From contig CAWDOD010000002.1 in assembly GCA_963803805.1 (NCBI GenBank), forward strand, positions 704,001 through 768,000: a stretch of 64,000 nt of DNA, written 5' to 3'. Numbering within the stretch: position 1 is the stretch's first letter; each line of letters opens with the position of its first letter. This DNA is from an uncultured cyanobacterium (GTDB taxonomy: Bacteria > Cyanobacteriota > Cyanobacteriia > Cyanobacteriales > CAWCAG01). The position numbers and the translations under genes were made by a program. Of this stretch, positions 41,028 to 52,700 are shown in pieces. The notes under the pieces were generated by a model. The model did no database searches. It had not been told where the DNA came from and saw only the letters and a list, made by a program, of their open reading frames with translations.

Positions 41028-42316
41028 GTGTAGAGATGAAAATTAATTTGAGCGAATCGGTTACTTCAGATTTACCTCAAATTTCTCCAAATACAATTAA
41101 ACCTGGGGAAATTTGGGAGGTGAGTCGGAAAGTATGGAGTCCTTTAATTTTAGATTGGGAGGAAGAAAATAGTCTTTATCCAGAGGCAGTGCGACAGTTT
41201 TTGGCAGGCAATTCTTCTCCTCGTTATGTGATGATTGTCCGAGAACCAGAAGCATCTCAATCGACGGAGGATGTTTGGCAACTGGTGGATGTGATGTTGC
41301 TTTCTGTACAGACAGAATATATCAGTGAAGTTGATTTAGTGATTCAGCCTCCTGTTTCTGTAACAGTGCCAGCTTTACTAGCTGAAACTTGGCAGGTTGT
41401 ATCTATGCTGACTTGTAATTTATCTCGCTATACAGGATGGCGTTTATCGCGGCAGGTTTACGATGCTTTGCTTGATGTGGGAGATTTTTATCATGATTTA
41501 AGGCCAAAATGCCCTAGCAAGAAAGAGATTGAATCTTTAGGAGTTAAAGTGGGGACAACATCAGCCCAAAAACAGGAAATTATCGCTTTTCATCAACAGG
41601 AACTGAATTGGACAACGGTTTTAGAATTACCTGTAGCGGCTTATCAAACTTACCTGAAAACTATGGAGATAACGGAGATTTTGTTTGCAGAGGCTTTATC
41701 TTTAGAAGAGGAAATTTCTGATGCTAATTTCTTGGTGCAATATTCTCCTGATCAAAACAGTTCTTCTGCCATAGTTGATCTCAGCAAATGGTGGCATCGC
41801 ATCTATGATCAAGACTGGAAACCCGTTGCAGAAATTTTTACCCCCCAACCCTTAAGTTCAGGATTCAGTTTTAGAAAACTTCCTGTAATTGGCGATTCCA
41901 CCCTAAGTATTGCCGATTTGGTCAATTTCATTTTGACAACGGAAGATGAAGAAAGTCTTTGGCAAGCGGTGGAGAAGTTGCGGTGTTTAGAACCAGAACA
42001 TCCTGCTTTAGGGGTAAGAAGGGGCAAGTTGCTAAATTTGGCAGGTTATACTTTTGCCTTGAGCATTAGTTTAATTTTGCAAAAACAAGAAAATGTCTTT
42101 ATCTTTCTCCAACTTCATCCAACAGGAGATAATCTCTATCTTCCTCCTCACCTACAACTGAGTTTGTTGGATGAGTTCGGCAATAGCTTGTTGGATATAG
42201 ACTCTAAAAGTCCAGATGCTTGCGTACGAATTCAGTTATCTGGTTCAGTAGGAGAACAGTTTACCCTCAGAATTGCTTTAGAAAAAGCAGCACTGAGGGA
42301 AAAATTTGTGATTTAG
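41024..42316 (+). CDS. DUF1822-family protein
   Basis: VDLSKWW...DWKPV, QLHPTGDNLYLPPHLQLSLLDEFG...GEQFTLRI...EKFVI; overlaps sigma gene stop. Confidence 0.78.
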   Translation: MSVEMKINLSESVTSDLPQISPNTIKPGEIWEVSRKVWSPLILDWEEENSLYPEAVRQFLAGNSSPRYVMIVREPEASQSTEDVWQLVDVMLLSVQTEYISEVDLVIQPPVSVTVPALLAETWQVVSMLTCNLSRYTGWRLSRQVYDALLDVGDFYHDLRPKCPSKKEIESLGVKVGTTSAQKQEIIAFHQQELNWTTVLELPVAAYQTYLKTMEITEILFAEALSLEEEISDANFLVQYSPDQNSSSAIVDLSKWWHRIYDQDWKPVAEIFTPQPLSSGFSFRKLPVIGDSTLSIADLVNFILTTEDEESLWQAVEKLRCLEPEHPALGVRRGKLLNLAGYTFALSISLILQKQENVFIFLQLHPTGDNLYLPPHLQLSLLDEFGNSLLDIDSKSPDACVRIQLSGSVGEQFTLRIALEKAALREKFVI

Positions 42317-42371
42317 AGAAAATGATTAAATGTTTAATTATCGATGGTATAACCCTGTGGAGATTAGTATT

Positions 42372-43058
42372 TTACAGGGTTTTCTTGTTTAATTCTTCCT
42401 TGAAAATCCTATGTTCTGGCGCAGCAACACCTTTTTGCAATATTTTCAAGGCTTGGGCTAAGTTTCCCTCTATTAAAGCAGGCAAAGCTAACCATAAACC
42501 CGGAAAAACTTCGCTACGGATAATACCCGCCTCATCTGGTTTTACGGAAATGTATTTTCCTTGTTGCAGTTTAAACCAATCTAAACGACGATCGTAAACT
42601 TGCCACACCAGGTATTCTTGCACCCCATTACGGCGATAAGCTTGGAGTTTGTCTCCCAAGTCATAAGAAGAACTACTAGCTGCTACTTCAACAATTAATT
42701 CTGGCGCACCAACCACATACCCATCTTCGTCAATATGGGACTGCCCTCCTTTATTTTCTTCTATACGTAACAAGGCATCTGGTTGAGGTTCATTATCAGC
42801 ATCTAAGCGGACGGTAGGATTATCTCCTAAATCCACTCCAGGAGTAGCTGCCCAGTAAGTACCCAACAGAGCCATAATCATAGCGTGAGGCCTGCCGTGA
42901 ACAGTAATTCTTACTGGGGATGCCATATAAACAATTCCTTCAATTAGTTCTGCTTTTTTAACTTTTCCCATCCTTTGATAGCGACGTTCAAACTCAAAGC
43001 GAGTTAAGCGATCGCCATTTTCTAAAGGGGGTAGATTTTTGAAGGTGGTAGTATTCAT
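42372..43058 (-). CDS. Uma2-family endonuclease
   Basis: PPLENGDRLTR, AELIEGIVYM, EPQPDALL, APELIVEVAASS, YRRNGVQEYLVW. Confidence 0.92.
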   Translation of the reverse strand: MNTTTFKNLPPLENGDRLTRFEFERRYQRMGKVKKAELIEGIVYMASPVRITVHGRPHAMIMALLGTYWAATPGVDLGDNPTVRLDADNEPQPDALLRIEENKGGQSHIDEDGYVVGAPELIVEVAASSSSYDLGDKLQAYRRNGVQEYLVWQVYDRRLDWFKLQQGKYISVKPDEAGIIRSEVFPGLWLALPALIEGNLAQALKILQKGVAAPEHRIFKEELNKKTL

Positions 43059-43136
43059 GAATATCTAGCTGATGGTTGAGGGTAAGGCAATAGGCAACAG
43101 TATTTTGACTTCCTCATCCTAGCTGCCTACTTCCTA

Positions 43137-45722
43137 TCACTCCATTACCTCTTCTACCTCCTCGCTTTCACTCTCTTCCTCTTCCTCTGAGGGGGGGACT
43201 AAAGCAACTGCGGCGATCGCATCGTCATTGTCTAGTCTTTGTACCCTCACTCCTGTAGCCATACGGGATTGGGTGGAGATGGAGTCGGTGGCTTGGCGGA
43301 TAATGATGCCTCGGTTAGTAACTAACATTAATTCATCTTCGGGATTGACTACGTGGGTTGCCACTAATTCATCATCAGAGATGCGGAATTTCATAGCTTT
43401 TAAACCCATACCAGCCCGGTTTTGGAGGCGGAATTGACCAACGGGAACTCGCTTACCATAGCCGCCTCTGGTGATAGCAAGAATCCAAGGGCCACTTCCT
43501 GGTTCTACTACTGCCCCCTCAGTATTACCTTCTTCGAGGTTCTCTTCTTCTTCTTCCCCTGCGGTACTAATGCCTGCGGTTACTTGGGCAGAAAGGACAT
43601 CCATGCTAATTAGTTTATCTCCTGACCGCAGTTTCATAGCCCTGACCCCACGGGTAGAACGTCCCAAGGGACGGAGTTGTTGGTGATTAGTACGGAAGTG
43701 GATAGCCATGCCTTGCCGGGAACCAATGATGATGCTGTCTTCTTCTGTGGCGAGGCGTACCCAACGTAATTGATCTCCTTCTTCTAGGGATATGGCGATT
43801 AAACCATTGGCACGAATTTTACTAAAGGCGGCGAGGGCGGTTTTTTTGATGTAACCGTTTTGGGTGAGCATTACTAAATACTCATCTTCGGTAAATTCGG
43901 TTACTGGAACAATGGAGGTGATTTTTTCTTCCCTGGAGATGGGTAACATTTGAACGATGGGAATGCCCCTGGCGGTACGGGAAGCGGTGGGAATTTGGTA
44001 AGCAGGTAAACTATAAACTACCCCGCGATCGCTAAAGAAAAGAATAGTATTATGGTCACAACAACTTAAGAAATGTTCCACCACATCATTTTCTTTAATT
44101 TTGGCGGCGGCTTTACCACGAGTGGCGCGACTTTGCTGCCCGAAGGTATCTACGGGCATCCGCTTGATGTAACCCTGTTCCGTTAAGAGGATAATTGCCT
44201 GTTCGTTGGCAATTAAGTCAATGTCTAAAAGTTCCCCTTCCCCTTGCAAAATGGTGGTTCTCCGGGGAGTGGCGTGGGTTTCTTTGATTTTGCCAACTTC
44301 TTCTTCAATTATCCCTTCAATACGTTCTTTTCTCGCTAGAATATCTTGTAAATCAGCGATACGAGTCTGTAGTTCTTGGTGTTCTGCTTGAATTTTATCG
44401 GTTTCTAGGGCAGTTAAACGTCTTAGTTGCATTTGCAAGATGGCATCCGCTTGAACCTGTGAGAGTCCAAAACCTTCTGCTAATTCTGTTTTTGCCATGG
44501 CTGTATCGGCCGCGCCGCGAATGATAGCAATGACTGCATCTAGGTTATCTAAAGCGATTAATAACCCCTGTAAGAGGTGATCCCTTTCTTCAGCTTTACG
44601 GAGTTCGTATTGGGTACGTCTGGTGATTGCTTCAACGCGAAACTCAATAAAGACACTGAGGAATTTCTTGAGGGATAGGAGTTGGGGTTCAGAGTCTACC
44701 AGGGCTAGCATATTAGCCCCGAAGTTCATTTGCAGAGGGGTTTGTTTATATAAGTTGTTGAGAGTTACCCTGGGGTGGGCATCCCGTTTAAGTTCAATAA
44801 CGATCCTCATACCATCGCGATCGCTTTCGTCACGAATATCGGAGATGCCATCTAAACGCTTATCATTAACCATCTCCGCGATTCTTTCAATCATGGACGC
44901 TTTGTTGGTTTGATAGGGCAGTTGGGTAATAATAATGGCATCTTTGTCTGGACGGCCCTTTTGTTCGATGATTTCCACCTCTGCAACCCCTCGCATGGTG
45001 ATAGAACCTCGCCCGGTGGTAAAAGTATCCTTAATCCCTTCCCGACCGAGAATTTGTCCTCCTGTAGGGAAATCAGGGCCTTGAATATATTGCATTAAGT
45101 CTAGGTCGGTCATTTCCGGGTTGTGGATTAAGGCCACAACTCCATCAATTAATTCTCCTAGATTATGGGGGGGGATATTGGTTGCCATCCCTACAGCAAT
45201 ACCAGAAGAACCATTAAGTAAAAGTTGGGGAATTCTGGCCGGGAGGACTACTGGTTCTTGTTGAGAACCATCGAAGTTATCAGCAAAATCAACGGTTTCC
45301 GATTCAATATCTCGTAGTAAAGCGTTGGTAGTTAAAGAATGCAGTCGGCATTCTGTATAACGCATTGCTGCTGGGGGGTCATTATCTACCGAACCAAAGT
45401 TACCATGGCCGGCGATTAAAGGGTCGCGCATGGAAAAATCCTGGGCCATGCGGACTAAAGCATCATAAACTGCGGTATCACCGTGGGGATGGTATTTACC
45501 TAAAACTTCCCCCACTACACGGGCGCATTTTCGGAAAGGGCGTTCTGGTATCAAGCCCAATTCATACATTGCATAAAGGATGCGGCGGTGTACGGGTTTT
45601 AAACCATCCCTAGCATCTGGAAGGGCCCTACCTACTATTACGCTCATGGCGTACTCTAGGTAAGAACGGGACATTTCACTTCTCAGATTTGTCGGTACAA
45701 TCCGCTCTTGGGAAAGGGTCAT
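43137..45722 (-). CDS. gyrA: DNA gyrase subunit A
   Basis: [41 protein letters not shown] catalytic Tyr, GyrA-box-like QSRATRG, acidic tail. Confidence 0.95.
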   Translation of the reverse strand: MTLSQERIVPTNLRSEMSRSYLEYAMSVIVGRALPDARDGLKPVHRRILYAMYELGLIPERPFRKCARVVGEVLGKYHPHGDTAVYDALVRMAQDFSMRDPLIAGHGNFGSVDNDPPAAMRYTECRLHSLTTNALLRDIESETVDFADNFDGSQQEPVVLPARIPQLLLNGSSGIAVGMATNIPPHNLGELIDGVVALIHNPEMTDLDLMQYIQGPDFPTGGQILGREGIKDTFTTGRGSITMRGVAEVEIIEQKGRPDKDAIIITQLPYQTNKASMIERIAEMVNDKRLDGISDIRDESDRDGMRIVIELKRDAHPRVTLNNLYKQTPLQMNFGANMLALVDSEPQLLSLKKFLSVFIEFRVEAITRRTQYELRKAEERDHLLQGLLIALDNLDAVIAIIRGAADTAMAKTELAEGFGLSQVQADAILQMQLRRLTALETDKIQAEHQELQTRIADLQDILARKERIEGIIEEEVGKIKETHATPRRTTILQGEGELLDIDLIANEQAIILLTEQGYIKRMPVDTFGQQSRATRGKAAAKIKENDVVEHFLSCCDHNTILFFSDRGVVYSLPAYQIPTASRTARGIPIVQMLPISREEKITSIVPVTEFTEDEYLVMLTQNGYIKKTALAAFSKIRANGLIAISLEEGDQLRWVRLATEEDSIIIGSRQGMAIHFRTNHQQLRPLGRSTRGVRAMKLRSGDKLISMDVLSAQVTAGISTAGEEEEENLEEGNTEGAVVEPGSGPWILAITRGGYGKRVPVGQFRLQNRAGMGLKAMKFRISDDELVATHVVNPEDELMLVTNRGIIIRQATDSISTQSRMATGVRVQRLDNDDAIAAVALVPPSEEEEESESEEVEEVME

Positions 45723-45950
45723 AGGGTTCAAAACTCCATTAAATTAAGAATAATTCGGCTAAATATGACAAATACGGCAAAAAGCTACTACTTTTGCCCT
45801 AAACTGCTTAAAATTATTTGATTTTCTCCTTCTATTTTAGCACGTCTTACTTGCTAAGATTGGGGTTATTGGGGAGTAGACAGAGGTTTTCTTGAGGCAC
45901 TTTTTCAGGACTGAAAACTCAGGCTAAAATAGAATAAAATCTCTCTTCAA

Positions 45951-46325
45951 ATGGCAGACTTAAGTGGTACTTGGCTAGGTACTTATTGGCAGAGTGGAGT
46001 TCCTACTCGTTTTGAATTAACTTTGGTACAAGGTGGCAATAGTTTAAGTGGCAATATTTTGGATGATAGCCATTTAGGAGAAGCTGCTGTGGTGGGTGAG
46101 GTGGTTGGTAGGCGGGTTGATTTTACTAAAAGCTATCTCACTGGTTCTCGCCATTCTATTATTTATACGGGTTCTGTTTCTGAGGATGAAGATTTTATGG
46201 GGGGACAGTGGCAAATAGATGAATATTTTTCTGGATCTTGGGAAGCACGTCGTAGTGGGGATAATTTGGTGGCGGATCTAGCTAGTCGTGTAGCGAAAAA
46301 AGAACCTGTTTCTTTGGGTTTTTGA
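45951..46325 (+). CDS. Cyanobacterial hypothetical beta-rich protein
   Basis: MADLSGTWLGTYWQ...FTKSY...GSWEARR. Confidence 0.7.
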   Translation: MADLSGTWLGTYWQSGVPTRFELTLVQGGNSLSGNILDDSHLGEAAVVGEVVGRRVDFTKSYLTGSRHSIIYTGSVSEDEDFMGGQWQIDEYFSGSWEARRSGDNLVADLASRVAKKEPVSLGF

Positions 46326-46422
46326 AGGGTAGCTAATTGCTAGTGGCTAGTGGCTAGTGGTAAGTTGCTAAAATCTTAGACTTGGTGAGAAGCTTTTATT
46401 AATTGGAGTACTTTCAGCTAAT

Positions 46423-47754
46423 ATGAAACCTTGCTATTCCTTTGCTTTCTCTGGCTTGCTGATTTTATTTGCTTTTAGTGTCAGTGACTTGAATAAGCCT
46501 GTGGCAGCAGCAGAAATTAAGCGCCAAGTCTCTGTGTTGCAAGGGGAAGTGGTTGCACAGGCACAGACAGCAGAAGATTTTTTTAATGAAGGTAATGATT
46601 TTTATGATCAAGGGCGTTATGAAGAAGCTGTGGCTTCTTATGATAAGGCTGTAGAAATTAAACCTGACTATCATGAAGCTTGGTACAATCGCGGCATTTC
46701 TCTATCTGAGTTAGGGAAGTATTCAGAGGCAGTGGCTTCCTTTGACAAAGCTATAGAAATTAAACCTGACGATCATCAAGCTTGGAATTATCGCGGCATT
46801 TCTCTATATAAGTTAGGGAAGTACTCAGAGGCGGTGGCTGCCTATGATAAAGCTGTGGAGATTAAACCTGACTATCATGAGGCTTGGCATAATCGCGGTA
46901 TTTTCCTAGATGAGTTAGGGAAGTATTCAGAGGCGGTGGTTTCCTATGATAAAGCTGTAGAGATTAAACCTGACTATCATGAAGCTTGGAATAATCACGG
47001 CATTTCTCTATATAAGTTAGGAAACTATTCAGAGGCATTAGCTTCCTTTGACAAAGCTATAGAGATTAATCCCTACTATCATGAGTTTTGGTATAATCGC
47101 GGCATTTCCCTATATGAGTTAGGAAACTATTCAGAGGCGGTGGCTGCCTATGATAAAGCTGTGGAGATTAATCCCTACTATCATGAGTTTTGGTATAATC
47201 GTGGCATTTGCCTATATGAGTTAGGAAAGTATTTAGAGGCATTAGCTTCCTTTGACAAAGCTGTGGAGATTAAGCCTAATAAACATGAGTTTTGGTACGG
47301 TCGCGGCATTTCCCTACATGAGTTAGGGAAGTATTCAGAGGCGGTGGCTGCCTATGATAAAGCTGTGGAGATTAATCCCTACTATCATGAGGCTTGGCAT
47401 AATCGCGGTATTTTCCTAGATAGGTTAGGAAAGTATTTAGAGGCGGTGGTTTCTTTTGAAAAGGCTGTGGAGATTAAACCTAATAAACATGAGGCTTGGT
47501 ACGGTCGCGGCATTTCCCTAAATAAGTTAGGGAAGTATTCAGAAGCATTGGCTTCCTTTGACAAAGCTATAGAGATTAAACCTGACAAATATGAGGCTTG
47601 GCATGGTCGCGGTTGGGTGTTGGAGAAACTAGAACAGTTTGATGCAGCCCTGAAGTCTTACGAAAAAGCTATAGAGAATAAACCTGATTTTCAATTAGCT
47701 ATCAATAGCCGCAATGATTTACTCAAAAAATTAGGACGTTCCACTTCTGAATAA
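46423..47754 (+). CDS. Exported TPR protein with ~11 near-identical 34-aa repeats
   Basis: Signal peptide; repeats AWxNRGISLxxLGKYSEAVAxYDKAVEIKPD, 102-bp units at DNA level. Confidence 0.92.
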   Translation: MKPCYSFAFSGLLILFAFSVSDLNKPVAAAEIKRQVSVLQGEVVAQAQTAEDFFNEGNDFYDQGRYEEAVASYDKAVEIKPDYHEAWYNRGISLSELGKYSEAVASFDKAIEIKPDDHQAWNYRGISLYKLGKYSEAVAAYDKAVEIKPDYHEAWHNRGIFLDELGKYSEAVVSYDKAVEIKPDYHEAWNNHGISLYKLGNYSEALASFDKAIEINPYYHEFWYNRGISLYELGNYSEAVAAYDKAVEINPYYHEFWYNRGICLYELGKYLEALASFDKAVEIKPNKHEFWYGRGISLHELGKYSEAVAAYDKAVEINPYYHEAWHNRGIFLDRLGKYLEAVVSFEKAVEIKPNKHEAWYGRGISLNKLGKYSEALASFDKAIEIKPDKYEAWHGRGWVLEKLEQFDAALKSYEKAIENKPDFQLAINSRNDLLKKLGRSTSE

Positions 47755-47835
47755 TTGCTCCTAAATTTTCATTTGCTAATGGCTAGTGGCTAATGGCTAA
47801 TCGCTAGTTATCTTTACTGATCATTGATATTGATC

Positions 47836-47870
47836 ATTGTTCGGCTTGCCGTTGCCGTAGGCATCATTGA
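47836..47870. repeat. Dispersed ~36-bp repeat, copy 3 of 3
   Basis: ATTGTTCGGCTTGCCGTTGCCGTAGGCATCATTGA. Confidence 0.7.
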
Positions 47871-47871
47871 C

Positions 47872-48135
47872 TCAATAGTATTCTGATTCAAGCTGGTTAA
47901 AAGGAACAAAAAATTCTTTGGGTAACAAAGCTGGTTTGCGGTGAAAAATTAGGTGTCCTCGGTAGCTGTAACGATCTATCACTACACCGAGAGGACGTTG
48001 AGTAAGGGTAGGATGTACTTCTAAGTAAGTATTGTAAACCAGCCGAGCCGCCCGAATAATCATGGGGTCGATAAAAGCTGACAGATTATTTGGGTCAGTT
48101 TGTTCTTCGAGTCTTTGCCCTGAGATATATACCAC
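47872..48135 (-). CDS. Conserved cyanobacterial hypothetical protein
   Basis: IDPMIIRAARLVY...PLGVVIDR..YRGHLIF..PALLPKE. Confidence 0.65.
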   Translation of the reverse strand: MVYISGQRLEEQTDPNNLSAFIDPMIIRAARLVYNTYLEVHPTLTQRPLGVVIDRYSYRGHLIFHRKPALLPKEFFVPFNQLESEYY

Positions 48136-48174
48136 TGGTGTGTCCCTAAAGTTTTTCCCTCAGCTTTAATTTAC

Positions 48175-48264
48175 CTAGTAGTCTGTCAATTTTCCATTTA
48201 TGGGTAAAGAATAATCCTCTACTTAAAAAAGTAACCCTCGAACTTAATCTCGACTCACTACTAG
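48175..48264. mobile_element. Putative short MITE
   Basis: Ends CTAGTAGT / ACTACTAG; left ~33 bp similar to 13790-13822. Confidence 0.45.
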
Positions 48265-48285
48265 AAAGGAGCGCTATAGCAACAG

Positions 48286-49365
48286 CTATAAAACTTTTAT
48301 TAAAGCTTCTCCTATTGCACGACACCCTAGTTGTTCTTTTCCTTCTGACATAATGTCACCTGTACGATAACCTTTGTCAAGAACTTTGGTTACTGCTTGT
48401 TCAATTTTATCAGCAGCTTGGGGTTGGTTTAAACCATAGCGTAACATCATTGCTGCGCTGAGGATCTGAGCTAAAGGATTAGCTTTGTCTTGACCCGCTA
48501 TATCTGGCGCGGAACCGTGAACAGGTTCAAAGACTCCTGGCCCATTTGCTCCTAGACTAGCAGAAGGTAACATCCCAATGCTACCCGTAAGCATGGCAGC
48601 CGCGTCGGAAAGAATATCCCCAAATAAGTTACCTGTGACAATGGTATCAAACTGTTTAGGCCACCGAAGTAGTTGCATGGCGGCGTTATCAACATAAAGG
48701 TGAGATAGTTCTACGTGAGGATAATCTTTGGCTATAGCTATGACGCGATCGCGCCATAGTTGGGAGACATCTAAGACATTAGCTTTGTCAACAGAACATA
48801 ACTTACCTTGGCGTTTTTGAGCAGTTTCAAAGCCGATTTTAGCAATACGATCTACTTCACTTTCTGTATAAGCCATGGTGTTAACTCCTCTTTTTTCCCC
48901 AGTTTCCGAGGCGAAAATTCCTTTGGGCTTACCGAAATAAACTCCCCCAGTTAGTTCCCTCACCACCATAATATCTACTCCTTCAATCACTTCTTTTTTC
49001 AGGCTAGAAGCGTCTATAAGTTGGGGCAATATAGTTGCTGGGCGGAGGTTGGCAAATAAGTTTAAACCCGCCCTCAAGCCTAACAATCCTGTTTCTGGGC
49101 GTTGTTGGCGAGGTAAGTTGTCCCACTTATAACCACCAATTGCAGCAAGTAAGACAGCATCACTATTACGGCAAATATTTAAGGTTTCTGCTGGCAAAGG
49201 TTCTCCGGTTTCGTCAATTGCAACTCCGCCAATGAGGGCTTCGCTAAACTTAAACTCTAAATCGAATTCTTGGCCTATAACTTCCAACACCTCTACTGTA
49301 ACGGTCATTATTTCCGGTCCAATGCCATCGCCGGGGAGTAGGGTAATGTTGTAAGTCTCAGTCAT
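48286..49365 (-). CDS. leuB: 3-isopropylmalate dehydrogenase
   Basis: [49 protein letters not shown]. Confidence 0.96.
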   Translation of the reverse strand: MTETYNITLLPGDGIGPEIMTVTVEVLEVIGQEFDLEFKFSEALIGGVAIDETGEPLPAETLNICRNSDAVLLAAIGGYKWDNLPRQQRPETGLLGLRAGLNLFANLRPATILPQLIDASSLKKEVIEGVDIMVVRELTGGVYFGKPKGIFASETGEKRGVNTMAYTESEVDRIAKIGFETAQKRQGKLCSVDKANVLDVSQLWRDRVIAIAKDYPHVELSHLYVDNAAMQLLRWPKQFDTIVTGNLFGDILSDAAAMLTGSIGMLPSASLGANGPGVFEPVHGSAPDIAGQDKANPLAQILSAAMMLRYGLNQPQAADKIEQAVTKVLDKGYRTGDIMSEGKEQLGCRAIGEALIKVL

Positions 49366-49715
49366 GGTTTGTTTGGGGTAGATGTTCAGACTATTTTAAT
49401 TGTTAATGGCTAATTATTATTAGCTTTGACCTTCCCAAAGCAGGCTTGAGATGATATTCTTTACTTGGTGGAAAAGGTGCGCTTCTAAAAAGGACTTTTT
49501 AAGCAAAATTTCTAGATTATTTCCCCTCAGCAACAAAAAACAGTGCTTACACAGAGAATAACCATAAACTTAAAGACTAAGCCTCATAGATATTCCGGAC
49601 TAGATATTCTAAGTTAAGGAAGGGTTAGATAGTTTAAATCACGAGTATTCTTATAATAATCAGGGGCATCTTAAGGTAAACCGAATGTACTTTAAGATAA
49701 AAATTTAGGTAGGAC

Positions 49716-52700
49716 ATGGGTGATGTAGTTTGGTTACTTGGTTGTTCTGGGTTGGTCTTTTTGATGCAACCAGGATTCATGTGTTTAGAGTCGGGGTTAA
49801 CCCGCTCTAAAAATAGCATTAATGTAGCGGTTAAAAACTTAGCTGATGTTAGTGTCTCGGTTATTTTATTTTGGGTTTTTGGCTATGCTTTAATGTTTGG
49901 GGCTTCTGCTGCGGGTTTTGTAGGTACTGAAGGATTTTTCCTAGAAATAGACTCTAGCCCCAAATTAGCAGCCTTCTTTTTATTCCAAGCTATGTTTTGC
50001 GGCACTACCACCACCATCGTCTCAGGGGCAGTGGCAGAACGCTTGCGCTTTAATGCTTATTTAATCATCGCTTTACTCATTTCCGGTTTAGTTTATCCCC
50101 TTTTTGGTCACTGGGCTTGGAATGGCATAGAGATGGCAAATCCTACGGGGTGGTTAGGGAAACTGGGTTTTGCCGATTTTGCTGGTTCAACGGTGGTTCA
50201 TAGCATTGGTGGTTGGGTATCCTTGGCTGCTTTGTTGGTAATTGGCCCCCGCAAAGGACGCTTCAACTCTGGTAAATCAAACAAAATTCATGGTTCTAAC
50301 CTCCCTTTTTCTGTCTTGGGGGCGATGTTATTGTGGTTAGGTTGGTTAGGTTTTAATGGTGGCAGCACCTTTGCTTTAAATGAAGAAGTTCCCCGCATTG
50401 TCGTTCATACCATCATCGCTGGGGCAATGGGAATGCTTACGGCTGGGGTTATTGGTTGGCAAAGGAGTAAATTACTTGAACCGGAAGTCTTAATTAATGG
50501 TTCCATTGCCGGATTAGTTTCGATCACCGGTTCCTGTAATGCCGTAAATATGAAAGAGGCAGCATTAATTGGTGCTATGGGTGGTGCAATTATGGTATTT
50601 ACCACCTATTGGATGGAACGCTGGCACATTGATGATGGGGTAGATGCTTTTGCGATTCACGGTGCTGGTGGTATGTGGGGAACCCTTGCTGTAGGTTGGT
50701 TTGGGGAACCGGAGATTCTTAATACTGGTTTGGGGCATTATAGCCAGTTAGGAGTACAACTATTAGGTATTGGCGTTGCTTTTATTTGGGCTTTTGGTTT
50801 AACCTATTTAGTCTTACGTAACATTAACCGCATCTTCCCCCTACGGGTATCAGAAGAGGAAGAAGATTTAGGTTTAAATGTTTCAGAACATCAAGCTAAG
50901 ACAGAAGTTTACGCCTTATTTCAGGTTATGGATGAACAGGCAAGAACTCAAGATTTTAGCCTACGAGTCCCGGAAGATGCCTATACAGAAGCGGGTAAGA
51001 TTGCTTATCGCTATAACCAAGTGATGGATTCTTTGGAAAGTTATGCCCAGCAAATGGAAGAATTAAACGCTAACTTAGAAGAGAAAGTCACCGAACGTAC
51101 CGCAGAACTTGCTGAAGCGAATTTGGAGTTACAGCGTTTAGATCGCCTCAAAGATGAATTTCTCGCTAATACTTCCCATGAGTTACGTACTCCCCTCAAC
51201 GGCATTATTGGTATTGCTGACTCTTTGATTGATGGGGCAACGGGGCCTTTGCCCCAAGCCACCTATGTTAATTTAGGGATGATTGCCAATAGTGGCAGGC
51301 GTTTAGAGAATTTAGTTAACGATATCCTAGATTTTTCCCAAATCGCCCATAACAAGTTGCAACTACAACTTAAATCAGTTAGTTTGCGGGAAATCGCAGA
51401 ATTAGTATTAACAGTTTGTCAATCTTTAGTTGGTTCCAAAAACATCAAATTAATCAACGATATTCCAGACACCTTACCTCCAGGCTTAGCGGATGAGAAC
51501 CGCTTGCAACAAATTTTATATAACTTGGTAGGCAATGGCATTAAGTTTACTGATGCAGGTTGGGTTAAGGTATCAGCTAAGTTAGGGAGTAAAAAAAAAT
51601 CCCCAATTTATCTCAGTGTTACCGACACAGGTATTGGTATCCGAGAAGATGTTATTAATCGTATTTTTGAATCTTTTGTTCAAGCCGATGGTTCCACCGC
51701 ACGCAATTATGGAGGGACGGGTTTAGGATTAGCTGTAACAAAACAGCTAGTCGAGTTGCATGGGGGAAAAATTTGGGCAGAATCTACTGTTAAGGAAGGG
51801 TCAACCTTCACTTTCACTTTACCCACAGCAGATCAGCCTTCATCTCTACCTAAAAAACAAAAACCACCCACTGTTTTTAAAAAGGAAGACCAACCCCTAA
51901 TTCAGGTTACTAACCAGGAGTTAGTAACTGTTGTACCAGATAAAGATCAATTTAAAATCCTCATTGTAGACGACGAACCCGTCAATCTTCAGGTACTAAT
52001 TAATTATCTAGCCCTAGAAAATTATTCCTTAATTCAAGCCCCTAATGGTATTGAGGCTTTAGAGAAAATCAAACAAGGTTTTATGCCAGATTTAATCTTG
52101 CTTGATGTAATGATGCCGAAGATGACAGGTTATGAAGTTACCCAAAAATTACGGCAAAGCTTCCTACCCACAGAATTACCGATTGTGATGTTAACAGCCA
52201 AAGATCAGATTGCTGATTTAGTAGCAGGATTAACGGCGGGGGCTAACGATTATTTAACTAAACCAATTAATAAACAAGAATTATTAGCCCGCATCAAAAC
52301 TCACTTAGAATTAGCTAATCTCAATCAATCTTATGGTCGTTTTGTACCCCATGAATTTCTCCATCTATTAAATAAACAAAGTATTCTTGACCTCAAAGTT
52401 GGAGAAGCGGTACAAAAAGAAATGTCAGTGCTGTTTTCTGATATTCGCTCTTTCACTACTTTAAGTGAAAATATGAGTGTGGAAGAGAATTTTAAGTTTA
52501 TCAATGCTTATCTTTCGCGCATGGAATCAGCCATTGTCAAAAATAAGGGTTTTATTGATAAATATATTGGTGATGCAATTATGGCTTTGTTTAGCCAGAA
52601 AGCAGACGATGCTGTGCAAGCAGGCATTGCCATGTTAGAAACTCTCAAACGCTATAATCAAACCAGACAAAGACCAGATCGAAAACCTTTAAAAATTGGT

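Noticed and set aside
49366-49715. NtcA box upstream of the Amt fusion
   Set aside because: Only imperfect matches (GTA-N8-GAC, GTA-N9-TAC); no canonical GTA-N8-TAC
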